A stretch of 63,008 nt of DNA, filler included, from Hyphochytrium catenoides (GCA_900088475.1; 9 parts of 9 records of this genome joined end to end with filler, not necessarily neighbours in it); one strand, 5' to 3'. Shown: positions 12,464-26,382, counted from the first letter of the whole stretch. Notes: generated by a model not told the origin, from the letters alone. Program-made: numbers and translations.

Positions 12464-15400
12464 ATGAGCTCGGTACGTAAGAACCGCCATAGAGAGTCTC
12501 TCCTTCCCGTTTATCTCCTAACAGCTGCGAAATATACACCAGGACTTTGAACTCACAAAGGAGGAGCGTGCGCGGGCGGCTTCAGATGCTGTGCAATCTT
12601 CCTTGACTTTATCATCTGCGTCATCCCCAATACCGAGTGAGCAAGCCCGGTACTCGGAACTCATCTTCTAGTTGCTGAGCGCATACGCAGTAGATCATTC
12701 TTGGCCCTTGTCTGCATCCAACTCCTCCCGCTACATCGTGGTTTTCTCACTTCTTGCTCATCTTTCTCACACATATAGCGCAAGTGTGGTCACGAATGGA
12801 GCTGGCGAAATTCCAAGCACAGAGCTCCTTGAAGCTGGAGCCGCTCAAGTTTCTCCTACAAGTGCTAATTTGGCTGTATCCCTCTACTTGTCTGAAAGCA
12901 CTGAACTTGAGACCACAATGAGAGGCCCTAGGTTTCCCCCTGTCGAGGAGAGTGAGCGGAATCGCAGCTGCTCCGACCCTACAAGACAAGATGGGGAAGA
13001 AGACAGCGGGAGAAGAGTAATAGATACACCTCGGGGAGATGTGCCTTCGCTTCCCCTGTGGGAGCTGAAACCAAGTCTCTTCAAACAGAATCTAGGCCTG
13101 CATCTGGCTGCTTTGGCGCTGACTATTTCGGGACTGATCTGCACCATCGTGCTGGCTGATAACTCCACGCGGTATGTGCCGGTCTCCTCTCTGGCCTTGT
13201 CGCAGGATGTTAAGCTTTGTGGCAACTTGGCCTCTCGGTTCCCTTGTGTCCCTATCTCTCTTTACCATACGGCCTGTCTTCCTCCTGACGCGTTTAGCTG
13301 CTCTATCTCCCCCGAGCCAGGGTTCCTTCAGCCACTTATATCTCTCTGTCCCTTCTCGTCTTTGGGCCGTCATTACTGCCCTAAATCAGCCTCCCAGTAG
13401 GCGCGCTGTGCGGGAGCTCTATCTCCTTACTATGTAACGCAGCGGTTCTCGTGAGCTATAAGCGAAGGATGACCTGGAGGCGGCATCCCAATCCTCTAAT
13501 GTGCTACAGGGCTGCTTGCCTCTTCGTGGTCCATTCTCTTCTCCTCGCTCTGTTAGTCGCCAAGTGTGCCACGGGGGATTCCTGTGGCTCTCGTCTTTCA
13601 CCGATACCCTCGTACGGCTGTGGAGTGCTGGTGGGTTGCCAAACGGAACTAGAGGAGGGTGGCAGATTGTGTTAGCGTCGTGCTTGAAGTTGTTCTGAGA
13701 TTGTAACTTTCTCTCCTGCAGGGCGCTATTATAATCTTCTTCTCCTTGGCTGCCGAGTCGTGGTTCTTCGCGACGACGCTGGATCTCTACCAATCCATCA
13801 CTAATCCCTTCACGGACTATAAGAAGAATAAGAAGCTCTATCACGTCTGGGTGTGGAGCCTCTCTTTCTGCTCTGCGGTTGTCACACTTTTTAGTCCGAA
13901 CCAGCTCTGGAGTGCGGTACGTAAGTGCCTTCTTACATTTTATTTCATCACTTTCTCACGTTATCCTTCAACCCCTACTCGCTTCCAGCTGTCCTTCACA
14001 ACGATAGGTGAGGTCTGTGTAGGGACGAACAAGGAGTTTGAGGGACGCGGAAGTTTCTCTGACGCCATATCTTGGATCTTTTTCTACATATGGATGGTCC
14101 TCTATTATATGTGCGTTGTCCTAGGAGGAGAAAGCAGACCTCCTTCTCGATGGCTGTTCACTTTTTCTATCATTGTGTATAGCTCACGGCCCTACTAGCG
14201 TCATATGGCTCTTTCCAGCAAGTCACGCCCATATGATCACTTCCTGCATATATGTGTAGCTTGGCTAGCTGCGCGCCGCCGTTGTGTTCGTTACTTCTGA
14301 ATATTGCTTCGCCTCGACTGACGTTGCCATACTAAGATTTTACCCCAGAGCAGGCATATCCATCATCGCCTTCGCCTACTTCCGTCTACGCTTTGGGCTT
14401 CTCCGGACGGTGCTTATCCGCAAACGATTGCTCCGGTCATTTGGATTCTATGTTGGATTCATGGTCCTCTATTGGACCATACTCTATTTGCTCTTCATCC
14501 CGTACATCTTTTTGGTTGCTTTACCCGTCTATGACTTCAATGAGGAGGGAGATGTATTAGCGAACAGAGAGCCTTCGTCGAGAGGTAGGAGCATCCTTCG
14601 AGAGGTAAGGACAGACCGTAGACCCTGAACACGTCCTCGTAGCCTTTGATAGGAAAAGCAACATCGACCTAAATTTCTGTCCTTTATCCTTTACTTCATT
14701 TGCGTCACCAGCTATTTGCCTTCGCCTGCACGATGAACGGGTTGGTGATATTCATGGCATGGTTCCTGGTGAACGAGTGGGGAGAGGAGGATCGGAATCT
14801 GGCAAGAAGCCTGAAGGCGGCCGGTGTGCAAGTGGACCTGGAGCTTAACCCCCAGCTCAATGCAGCGCTTAGGACGGAGATACGGTACTACACCACGACC
14901 GGTATCATACAGGTGAGAAAAAGCAGAAGATCAAAGCGTCGTACTACGGAGACGGCCTAGAGGTACAGCAGAAATTAGAAGGACAAGGCACCAGAGGGAT
15001 GACTGAATGGCAAAAGGCGTCCTAACGGAAAATGCCCTATCCCGTCATGCTTCCCAGGCTGTTCACAATGCTCGACAGCTCTCTATGGTGGAATCCCACC
15101 AGGAGATATACCTCCAAGCTCTGAGTGAAGGATCTCAAGGTACTTCTCATGAGTTGGGCACACTCTTTACTGACTACAAGCCCAAGGAGTTCCAGATGAT
15201 CAGGTACGCTCCCTCTGATGCTTCCTGGCGGTTGGACCACGTCAAAATCTTCAGGCCTCTTCGAGTCTTAGCCCACCACTATCAGCTTAGTATGCTATGT
15301 CTTTTTCCTTGCTCTGTCTGGCTGCACACTTGGTGTCATTTACTTTATCTTCTGAACATCTAAGGTCTGTTCTCATTATAACCTGCCATTATTGGCTCTC

Positions 15401-17470
15401 ATGGCCATAGAGAGCTAGCAGGTTTGACTCCAGAAGACTACTGTGCTTCTCTGTCTCTAACTACGAAAGAGAAGTTGACGGAAGGCTCGAGTGGTGCCTT
15501 CATGTTCTTCTCCGAGGACCAGAAGTTCATCGTCAAGAGCATGAGCAAAGAAGAGAGTCACCTGCTGCAACAGCTGGTAGATGATTATCTTCGCTACCTT
15601 AAAGAGAATCGTCACAGCCTGTTAATTAGGTGGGGCTCCTTAGCTCTTGATCTTCCCTCCGTGTGATCTGCACCTTCGTTTCTCTCTATCCTCCTCTCTC
15701 TCTCGTACAAGCCTACCTTCGGGTTTGGATGGCTGCACTGATTAAAGGTGACTCAGCAAAGCTAACCCTATCTTGGCCCAAACTCTTCTAAATTGAACTG
15801 CCATGCTTAGGTTCTACGGCTGTCACTCAATCAAGCTCTATTCTCGGACATACTACTTTGCTGTCATGGGAAACATCTTTAGCAATGTACATACCGTACA
15901 TCAAAGGTTAGTATTGCTCCCAAAAGCTCGGCGTATTGTGCTTCGGGGGCCTATCCTCTTCGGCACAGCCCTGGAATCATTCCGGTCACCAATGTCATTT
16001 TGCAGAACTTTGTCCCGCACAATGTGTGAGACGATTCCCTTGGGCTAACTTGATACGCCTCCAGGTATGACATCAAGGGTTCGTGGGTCGATCGCTCTCA
16101 TGAAAAGCCGAGATTGGGCGCGTTAGTCACCTGCTGCCATTGTAACGCTAAATATGCGTAAGTCCACGACAATTATTGTCACCTNNNNNNNNNNNNNNNN
16201 NNNNNNNNNNNNNNNNNNNNNNNNNNNNNNNNNNNNNNNNNNNNNNNNNTACGGAATCGACGATAAGCGGCAAAGGTGCCTCATCAACGGTCAGAGTCAT
16301 GAACCCGACGTCGTATTGAAGGATAACGACCTTCAAGGCAACATCCCACTAGGTTTGGCCCAATAGAGTGTGATTGCAGGAAGAGCAACAGCCTCTTGGG
16401 CTCCTGTGTCTCACTGGGTGTTGTTCCCTCTCCTTCATAGATAAGGGAGAGGCAGAAGATCTTCTACTCCAGCTGGAAGCCGATTCAAGATTTTTAGAAG
16501 GTAACGGGATTATGGACTATTCCCTGCTTGTCGGAGTGCACAACGCGGAATACATTGCTAGCGAATCCTTCTCTGAGGTCCCTACGGTCGACCTGGTAAG
16601 GGCGAGGCCTGGCGATGGGGAATGATCAAGGATGAGAATCAAGAGACAAGGACAGAGAGCTAGAGTAGAGCCAGAGGGCATAAAAGTAGTCAAGAGGACG
16701 TTGATCAAGAGATGCGGGAAAGGAGCGAGATGGGCTTGATAAGGGTGTGACTAGAGGGGTTTAAAAAATTGTCACGCAGCTAATCTTTGTGGCAGGCTCA
16801 GGCTCCCAGACTGTCGTTTGACTCCCAGTGCAGCCCTCAAAGCAATGAGATTAGACAGCAGCCCACCATCGAGTCATCTTCCCGAGAATCTGAAGAGCAC
16901 AAGGTGAGCATGGAAAACAGCCCTAGCATAGAAGAGCTGGGCTTGATGGTGCAACGTGTCGGCAAGGCCTGTGTTCCGTCCACTCACGAGAAGCTTGACC
17001 TCACTGTCTCCAATGCAGAGCTCACACACTTCGGATTATATTAGTCCCATCATCCAGCGGTTCCCTGTAGCTGCAGGCCCTGCGGGATATACCTTCGGAA
17101 TCATTGATATTCTTCAGCAGTGGTAAGCCTGTACCGCCATTAGCTAGCAGCCATTAGCAGGCTAGTGATCAGTAGCTGGCCGCCGATTCAGCTCCCTATA
17201 TTTGTCACTTCGCCTCTTGGATCCCTTCCTAGCTGCCGTCTTCGTCCTCCGTTGGCTATTCCCATCTCTATGTGTCTTCTTTAGCCTACGAGGAATTAGT
17301 TCCTTCTACTGATCCTATGAATGCGCAGGACTCTCAAAAAGAAGGGAGAAAGACTGTTTAAACGCGCCATACTCTGCAAAGATCCGAAGGGTCTAAGTGC
17401 TATCGAGCCACAAGCCTTTCGACAGAGATTTATTGATAGAGTGGCTCAACTACTCCTTCCAGATAGCTGA
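12464..17470 (+). CDS. GPCR-PIP5K fusion (GK/RpkA-type): N-terminal multi-pass receptor domain + phosphatidylinositol phosphate kinase
   Basis: TM region: WRRHPNPLMCYR, LAAESWFFATTLDLYQSITNPF, WIFFYIWMVLYY, LVIFMAWFLVNE. Linker: LNAALRTEIRYYTTTGIIQ. PIPK motifs: FTDYKPKEF, EGSSGAFMFFSEDQKFIVKSM, YDIKGS, LKDND, IMDYSLLVG, FGIIDILQQW. The junctions I traced are GT-AG and in frame. Confidence 0.92.
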
Positions 17471-18098
17471 CGTAAAGGCTACAGCTACCTCTCATCTTCC
17501 TTAGACGTCTCCTTTACGGGGAAGCTAGAACACACTTCCTAGCTGATGAATAGCCTTGGAGGAAGTGACAGCTAACCCTTGTGCCACCTGCACCAGGAGC
17601 AAGCAGCCTTCAGAGATGCGATAAGGGCTTCAGAGCGGCCGCCTCTAGATTTTTCTGCCCCAAAAGCAAAGCAAGGAATCTTCAGAAATGCCCCAAGAGC
17701 TTTCAGAGGCGATGACCCCACTAGATATTTCTTGTGTTAGACGCTCCTAAGATAGACGTCATGACTTCTACTGTGGTTATTACTAAACAAAGGAGTACCT
17801 ATATAGAACGTAATGATACAAGCGGACTTTGAACTGTGTCTCAATCCTCCTATGATTGGCGCATACTTTTGGTTTGCTCATAAGGGTCGGATGAAAAAGC
17901 TATCCCGGTCATTTTAGGGTTATATATATTGTCTTATAGGGTCAGCTGTCAGTGGCAGAGGCAGCAGGAGAATCTTTCTGATCGGGACAAAAAGAGAGAT
18001 TTGCTCAGAGCTTCAGAAAGCCGATCTGCAGACCGTGGCAGAGATCATTGCTCTTGCCAAAGACACTCTATCCAGAGCCATTTAGAGCTTGTACAAGG

Positions 18099-21000
18099 AT
18101 GGCAGACCAACAACCCCAAACCACTGGGGACCAACCGGTCCCAAAGGAGAAGAAGCTCACTAAAAAGGAGCTTCGCATCCTGGAAAGGAACAAGAAGGCT
18201 GTAAGTTAAGCGATCATCGGAAAGCTTAACTTCATGTGGAAGATTGACATTAAGGTTCTAGGCGGAGACGACAGTCGCGAATCCTGAGGATCCTGAGCGC
18301 TACTGCGATAATCTCGTTCTGCAGTCCAAGACTATCACTGATAGGAAATGGACCGAGTAAGCTCACTTCTATTGACGGCTTAGGAAAGAGACAAGTAGAC
18401 TCGTTTTGCGCATCCTCACTCAATTATCACTTAGGATTGAGGATCTCAACCCCACGTTGAAGGGGACCGAAGTATGGGTTAGAGGCCGCGTCAGCACTGT
18501 CAGAGCTACAGGGAAGACGGCCTTCATTCTATTACGTCATGGGATCAAGACAGTGCAATGTGTTGCTCTGCAGGTGAAGATCAGCTCAGCATTATGTTTT
18601 GAAGAGGCAACTGCACCAGGATTGTGTACATTATGCCATTCGCACTTCTTTTCCAGTCGAGTCCTCCTTGGGCCGTCTTCTTTTCACATTTGGTTTTCTC
18701 ACGATGATCGTAATCTCACCTACTCGCCTTCCCTTCCGGGCTATCAGGGTCCAGACACACCCAAAGAGATGCTCAAGTACATTGGAAAGATTTCCAAAGA
18801 GAGTGTCGTAGACATCTTCGGGCAGGTAACTCGTGACGGCATGCGCCCGTAGACCTTCTCATAGCCTCCGCACTAAGACTATCTGACCCCTAAGTGGGCT
18901 GTCTGTTGTTTATGGCTCTAGTTATCATCGCGTTCGTCTCCAGCTTGCCTCCGGTTGTTCGCTCTCTTTCTTCGCGGGCGGTAGCCTGCTGTTGAAGCTC
19001 TGACCTGTCTCCATTCAGGTACTACCTGTAGAAACTCCTATTCAGAGCGCCACGCAGCAAGATGTGGAGCTGCATGTGAGGAAGATTTTTACGCTCAGCA
19101 AGTCAGATCCCGTCCTGCCCTTTCAGGTAAGGAAAGCAAGGTTCTCGAGGTCCTCCCTCAGGTGTCTGTTGCACCGGACTCAAAGTTTGTCAATCTGCCT
19201 ATACTTCACGGTAGCTGGAGGATGCATCTAGGCCTGACGCCGCCTTTGAGGAGGAAAACTCTCAATATGTTGCAGTTAATCTAGATACTAGACTCAACTA
19301 TAGGTATACCGCTTTGCTGTCGCTCTTCCGACCTACATATCGTCTCCCATATGCGTCGGCATTACTGATTCATTGCTAAATATTGCTTACAGATGGGTGG
19401 ACCTCCGCACACCGACCAGCTTTGCCATTATGAAGGTGCGTTCGTCCAGATGGTTGCTGTTGAGGCTAGAATTACACTGCGCCTCACTCTTAGCACTGAA
19501 TAAGTGGTGGTCTTATCCTCTCCTCTGGCGCCAAGACACTCTATATCTCTCTTTGCTCGCGAAGACACTCTATGTCCCTTCGCTGCTCTTATAATGCTCG
19601 CGCAAGCCCATGTATCTCCGTTATTTTGCATCTATTCCGGTTCTTGTGTCTGGTCCGGTCTCACACACGGGTGACTGCTACAGATCCAGTCCGCCGTCTG
19701 CCGATACTTCAGAGAGTTCCTTCAAGAGAGAAACTTCATTGAGATTCATACCCCGAAGCTTCTGGGAGGAGCTTCTGAAGGAGGAGCTACAGTCTTCACG
19801 TAGGTGCACTTGTATAGCAAAAGCCCGTAGTCAAAGGCTCGTTCTCATGGCTTCCTGCTCCTTATGTGGCACCTGTTTGTTATTCCTCCTCTCTCCATCT
19901 CAATCTGCTGAACCTTTTAGGCTCAAATACTTCGACACTCAAGCTTGTCTAGCACAATCGCCACAGATTCATAAGCAAATTGCGGCGGCATGCTGTGGCC
20001 TCGAGAGGGTAAGAAAGAGCAAGGCTGCTGTCATCAACCCCAGGAAGGGTTAGCTTTCCTCTCGGTTTTACCTTTCGCACCTCTCTATCCTCCTTATCTT
20101 AACAATGTCTTTCTTGTCTCATCCTCTTGCTCTTTATATTCATATGTTAAGAGGTCCGATTTACATAGAGTAATGGCCCTTTCTCATTGCTTGCAGGTGT
20201 TTGAGATTGGCCCTGTCTTCAGAGCGGAGAACAGTTTGACTCATAGGCACCTCTGCGAGTTCACTGGCCTCGACTTTGAGATGACGATTAAGGAGCATTA
20301 CTATGAGGTCTGCTCAAACACCCTTCCCTGTTGCATTATTCCTCCGGACCCCTCTTGGACGTCTTCATCTTCACTCGTCTTTCCTTTGTTGCCTTCAAAA
20401 CGTGAGGCAGCCTTTCGCTAGGTGGGCCGGGCCTACCAGGGTAGTCATCCACCTGATACCTTTTCTTTCCCAGGTGCTAGAGGTCTTTAGCGACCTCTTC
20501 ATCCACATCTTCGATAAGCTGAACGAGGACCTGAAGGAGGAGATGGCCATTGTGAATGAGCAGGTCTCTTTTGGCAGATCCATTTGCATTTGTCCTTCCT
20601 TCTGTTCATGAGACTCTGATATCTTGTCGGTTCNNNNNNNNNNCCCCTTCGAGCCTCTTCAGTACTTAAGGCCAACTCTTCGCCTGACCTTCGCTGAGGG
20701 CTGCGCAATGCTGCAGGAAGCCGGCGTCGACAAGGTAAAAAGATAAGTCGATGCTCTATCACAGGCTGCGAGGAATAACCCTGCTTCTTGAGTTTGAAAG
20801 GGAAGGGGACAACTTGCGGCCCCGAGCTTTAGGTGGTTACTTTGTTGTTTCATCTTTTTGCTGATTGCGTCTTGCTGCCTTACTGCAGAACCCTCTGGAA
20901 GACCTCAGCACCGAAGAGGAACGTATCTTGGGCAAGCTGGTGAAGCAGAAGTATCATACCGACTTCTTTATTCTGGACAAGTTCCCGCTTGGTGCAAGAC

Positions 21001-21693
21001 CATTCTACACGATGCCAGACCCTGAGAACCCTGTAGGTCGATAAAAGCTGATAAGAGAATGTGTGCTGCGCTAAGACGGGCTGATGCTGTGCCACCGGGG
21101 AAGGTTCCTTTTTCCAAGGAGGCACCCCACACTCCGGGAGAGTAAGGAGGGAAGAGTATAGAGGCGTCATCTACACAATGGGACTTTAGGGTCTCTTGTT
21201 GGCTCTAACTTGTTATTTCTCTCTTTTGTGAAACCTCTTAGCAATTGAGCAACAGCTACGATCTGTTCATTCGAGGAGAGGAAATCGTTAGCGGTGCGCA
21301 GCGTATTCACGATTTGGACCTGCTGCTCAGTAGGGCAAAAGACATGGGTATCCCCCAGTCCTCTCTCAAGGCTTACGTGGATGCTTTCAAGCACGGCACT
21401 CCACCCCATGGAGGAGGAGGCATTGGGCTGGAGAGAGTGGTAAGATATGAGTCATGGGCGTAAAGGAAGAGAGATGGCTGACGGCCCGGGCAGCCCGTAG
21501 TGGTAGGTTGGGCGGAAGGCTATAGATAAAGGGCAAGTCTGGGAAAAGAGATGTACTACGCTATCAGAGTGCAGCGCGATGACTGAGACGAGTATCCTCA
21601 TCTTGCTTTCTTCAGGTTATGCTGTTCCTAGGCCTCAAGAACATTAGAAAGGTCTCAATGTTCCCACGTGACCCCAAGAGAATTGCACCATAA
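18099..21693 (+). CDS. DARS1: Cytosolic aspartyl-tRNA synthetase (multi-exon)
   Basis: [132 protein letters not shown]. Confidence 0.97.
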
Positions 21694-21919
21694 GGAAAGA
21701 GCGCTTGGCCAGTAATAAATACTATCACTTGTTCTCAGTGCACGTTGAGCCTTGTTCCCAGCGTACATCCTATGTTAACAATCCCTCCCGCACAGCCTTT
21801 CATAGCAAATCTAGTTACATGGCCCTCTCAGCAACCCCTTATCGCTCTCGGTCTGGCTGAGGCTACTCGTAGGGTCTGTTACACTCATTATACTGCCATA
21901 CCATGAGAATCTTCCTAAC

Positions 21920-24845
21920 TTATCGTCTCCCTCTTGAGCTGTTACGACGAGGAGAGTACTTTCGACTCCTGCTTCTGCTTCTTTGCCTACTGTGTCTGGG
22001 CCGATCTCTCCTTCTTCGATGTGTTTCTTCAGATGTACTGCTGCTTCTCGTCCACCTCCTGCCTCTATGACGGGTAGAAGACCTACTGCGAGACCGCGAG
22101 TCTTGTTTACGTCTTCTGTACATGGGAGATGGCGATCGACTCCTGCTACTGCTCCTCATCCTAAATTTGCTGTTGCTATCTCGCGTAGAACTAGCAGCGT
22201 CTTTGCCAAGTTCTATCGCATTGGACACCCCTTCTTCTTCTTTGTTCACAGCTGCGGCGCGGAACTTTTCAGCTAGCAGCTTAGCTTTCTCCAGACGGGA
22301 CAAGCGAAGTCCCTCCTTGCTCTCTCTTTCGTTCTCTTTCTGGGATGGTTCCTTAACTTCGAGCAAGGTGTCAACCTCACTTGCATCGATATCTCCTGGT
22401 TGGCCTGGTTTCTCCTCTGACATTGGTGACACGTCCTCTACAACCGCATTTAGCCCTTTATCCTCAGAAGTTGACCTTTTGCTGGTACCCTCTTCCCCAT
22501 CTCGGTCGGATCCTGGAGAGAGAGGGAACAAGGCCTGCTTGGGCGATACTTTTGGTGGAGGGAAAGGTTTCCCCTCCTTCACTGCGGTGAAGTACTCGAG
22601 GACAAAGAGATAATACGCGTGGTAGGGGCTGTGAGGCATGAGGAAGGAGAAGAGAGGGTTTGCCTCTTCCTTCTTCCGCACCAACTCTTCAAACTCTTTG
22701 CCATGCTTGATAGTGAAGTCTGCAAGTTTGTCTATCGCTTTCTAAAGCAAAGTCAAGTTAACAGCCAAAATTTGATAGCTTCAGAGACTGATAAGGAAGA
22801 GAAAGTCGGATTGAGAATTGGAAAAGAACGAATCCCGGAGATGGGAGACAGTGACAAGGGAAGAGAGCGACATGGCAGGCAGACAGACTCAGGTCCCTGT
22901 CTCATCACCTTCTCTACTTCTGGTGGTACTAGGATACCCTTCGGAACAAGGGATCGAGGGGCAACTCCAAGTGGTGGAGGCTGCTCCCACGAGGGCTCAA
23001 AGTTCGCCTTTAGCCACAGATAGTAACCGTTGAGTGGGTCTTCTGGGTCCAGAAAGCTAAATTTGGCATTTCCCGCCTGCTTTAGCTTCAGCACCACCTC
23101 CAGCTGCGGGTTCTCCTTCACATGCCGAACTGTAGAGGCTATCACCTGATGCCTCTTTAACTTTTTTGGCTGAGGCGAGGGCCGTTGTAAGCGGGATCGA
23201 GAAGAGGAAGAGTTAGGTTCAGGGAAAGGGTAGCGGGACGCTTGAGATAGAGCGAATTAAGCTTTGGCTCACACTGAAGCAAGAAAGGGAACAGTTGATG
23301 CCATAGACCGTCCAGCTTCCAGGATGAAGGGATATGCGACACGATATGAAGGCGACCAGATCGATATTGGGACGTTGCAAGTACCTTCAACACGTCATCC
23401 GGTACTATGAACCAAGGGCGGAAGTTCTCGCCTTCATCCTCTCCTTCTTCACCTTCTCCTGCTGCCTTCGTCGGCTGCTCTTCTGTGCCCTTCTCCTCTT
23501 TCTCCTCATCATCATAGTTAAAGGCTATGGCAGCGAATCCTCGCTGGCCAGGCGGCGCTGCTGGAAGGAGGTGTGAGACGACACAGCAAGAACAACATTC
23601 ATGGGGTAGATAATTCTCAAAGCACCGAGGGACAAGCACACTGCGGGGTGACAACTAACCGAGGACGAGGTGATTGATATAATAGAGCACTAGTACTTTA
23701 TCCAGTAATTGCACCTTCTTCATCAGCACGATCTTTCTCCTCTTCTTCGTCCTCGTCCTCCTTTCTGCGCCAAGGATATTCTCCATCTTCAGGCTCATAG
23801 TCATGGTATCGCTCTGCATCTAAGGATACCTGCCACAAGGAACGTCCAGTCCAGGTTATTAGAACGAGCCAACCTTTGGTGAGCAACAATACGACGTCAA
23901 ATGTAGAGGTAAGGGCAGAGAGGAAGAGAGCAGAGCCACCCTTAGAAGTGGCAAAGAGATGATAAGACGAGAAGGGTCGCGGGGCTGAAATAAACGCACC
24001 TCAAACTCTTTCTCTTCGGGAGTGAGGTCCGAGAACTTTCCTCTGCTCTTTCTTCTCATGAACTCTCTTTTATCCTCCAACAGATGGCGGACGTCATATT
24101 TGTCGATTACTATGGAGCTGTCTCCCACCCAGTGCACCATGTGCCGCTCCTGGTGGAGCCCTAAAGCTAGAGAGTCATCTCTGTGCCTTATGCAGGCCGT
24201 GCCAACCACCTCCAGCTGAGTGGGACCACGACCGAGGTCCGCTCCTCCTCCATTCTCTCTCTGTGGCAATCCGAGAGTGACAGTTAGCGTTAGACAGAGT
24301 AATAGCTGCAAAGAAGCAACTCAATGGCGAGCAGCGAAGAGAGATAGTCAGAGCAAGACAGGCAATGGGATAGAGAGAGGATAGAAAAAGTGGAAGAAAC
24401 GACGAGAGAGAGAGAGCAAGAGAGAGAGAGAGAGAGATAGGGAGGGAGAGAGAGAGAAGATGAGTCTAGGCAGAAGAGCGACGGAGTATTCAGGTGGCAA
24501 GAGAGCGGAGAGTATCAGACAGGGGTAGAGAGTCGACACGAAGGGACCTCGGGCAGATAGAAGTGCCAGAGATTGACTACATCTCAAGGTAGTGGGGCGG
24601 CCAAGGAGAAGTCATGGTGACACCTGCAGTTGTGACAGGAGAGCTCATTCGGTGACAGGGAGAACGCAGCGTCTTGGTGGAGAGGAAGAGCGTCATCAAG
24701 TAAGCTTAGAGGAGAATCAGAACAGGAGACTGAGAGACTGGAACAAGGTACACAGGCCAAAAAATCAAGTTAGCTTCCTTCAGTATCACACCTTTCGTCG
24801 CTGCCCTGCTGGCCTTGAGTCCCCAGGTCCGTACTTGCTCAACAT
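21920..24845 (-). CDS. SWAP/SFSWAP-like splicing regulator (DRY_EERY domain, SURP domains, C-terminal RS domain)
   Basis: IDKYDVRHLL ... LDAERY (DRY_EERY). SURP-like VKENPQLEVVLKLKQAGNAKFSFLDPEDPLNGYY and NPLFSFLMPHSPYHAYY. SRSRSPS-rich tail. Confidence 0.85.
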
Positions 24846-26282
24846 CTTTGTCACCTCAAAGATCTTTTCTTGTTTAGACCTGTTCAACCTCTAGGCTGGC
24901 GGTGATTTTGAATCTCTGACGCGGGGACAGTCACTTGCTTCTTCGCGCATGTTGCTACGCCGACTATTCACGCCTCCTCCTTGGATAACCTTTGCTCACT
25001 TGATCTTCTCTGTCTTTCATGCTGCTGCTCGTGCTAAGCTGAAAGAAGCTGGAGCGGCCAGGAAATCCAATAATCTTCTGATTTTGAGGGAGAGCTCTTA
25101 ATTCGCTGACGTTAGCGTCCCCAATGGGTGTGAAAGTGTTTCTGAAACTCTCAATAATATATATATTTGTCAAAAGCTCAAAAGCTCCATTTGTCCAGAT
25201 TCTTCCTTGGCCTTAGTAGGGTCACTTCTCCCGCACAGCTGACGTCTAGAAGTTAGTTAAGCTCTGTCGAAGCTGCATTTATTACTCGTACGCGTACGCT
25301 GCATGGTGAGACCTCTTAATAGTCGTCGGACGGCCTCTTGAACTCTTGTCAAGAAGATGGCTTGCAGCACACCCACGGTCTCTTCCAACTTGGCGGGCAA
25401 CGGGCGGCCAAGAGCAACAGGTATTAGCCTCATGCACCTCGTGGGCTTTGCATGGGCTGGAGCGGATCAATAAAGGCAGGTCGTGGGCCGGCGAGCGACT
25501 CAGACATAAGATCTTCTTGCTTTCCCCAGAATTCATAGACGTCTAGGGGTAAAGTTAACAAAGAGTTAGTTGAAGATGATTTTCTTTCAGCAGCGAGGTT
25601 ATAGAAAGACAATGAGGGAGGACGCTGACTGGCAGGAACCGTCGCTCTGTTTCTGGCTCCTCGTCTGTCTGCAGCTCGCAGTTTACGTCTTGTCCTGTGC
25701 CTTCAACCTCCTGCTTGTGACTTGGCGACCTAGATCTGATCGCCTTGTTAGCTCCACGTAAGTGAGATCGGTCGTGGCTTGGCCGCGCCGTATTCGTTAG
25801 AAGTCGAAGGTCACATTCAGCAGAGATTGACTCACTGCCATATATTAGAAGTCAAGGGACATGGCCACAGGCACGGAGACACTGATTCTCAACTTTCTAG
25901 TTCTTGATCTCTCTGTCTCTTAATCCTCTGTTTATCGTCTCTACCCTCGATTGTCTTCAGACATCCGTGTGGCCCGAGCGTCACCGAGATAAAGGAAGTG
26001 GATGGTTTTTATGCTTTGCCCGCTGGAGGCTGCCATCCCTTGATAAGGCAGAAGATGCATGCACTCGGAATGGAAAGGAGGGAAGAAGACAAGCTATGTG
26101 ATCACCATGATGCAGTTGCCACCCGTGTCAGACAAGCTTGAGCCGAGGCTGACTTTTGCAGATGAAAGAGGTTCTTCATTTAAATAACTATAAACAATGC
26201 AATCTAGCCTGCGTGCCGCCGAGCCGCCGAGCCTATAGCTCGACATCTCCTACAGCTGCGTTATCTTTCCTTTGTTCTACTG

Positions 26283-26382
26283 NNNNNNNNNNNNNNNNNN
26301 NNNNNNNNNNNNNNNNNNNNNNNNNNTTAATTAATTAANNNNNNNNNNNNNNNNNNNNNNNNNNNNNNNNNNNNNNNNNNNN
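26283..26382. other. Artificial contig linker
   Basis: Same 100-nt spacer. Confidence 0.97.

Noticed and set aside
16900-17080. Apparent GC-AG intron in the PIPK gene (G|GCAAGG)
   Set aside because: A canonical AAG|GTGAGC donor with a CCAG| acceptor gives the in-frame RFPVAAGPAGYTFGIID, so no non-canonical site is needed.
25300-26190. Possible small spliced membrane-protein gene on the + strand (exon QRGYRKTMREDADWQEPSLCFWLLVCLQL...)
   Set aside because: Plausible splice sites exist, but with no homology cue or secure start it is not supportable as a feature.
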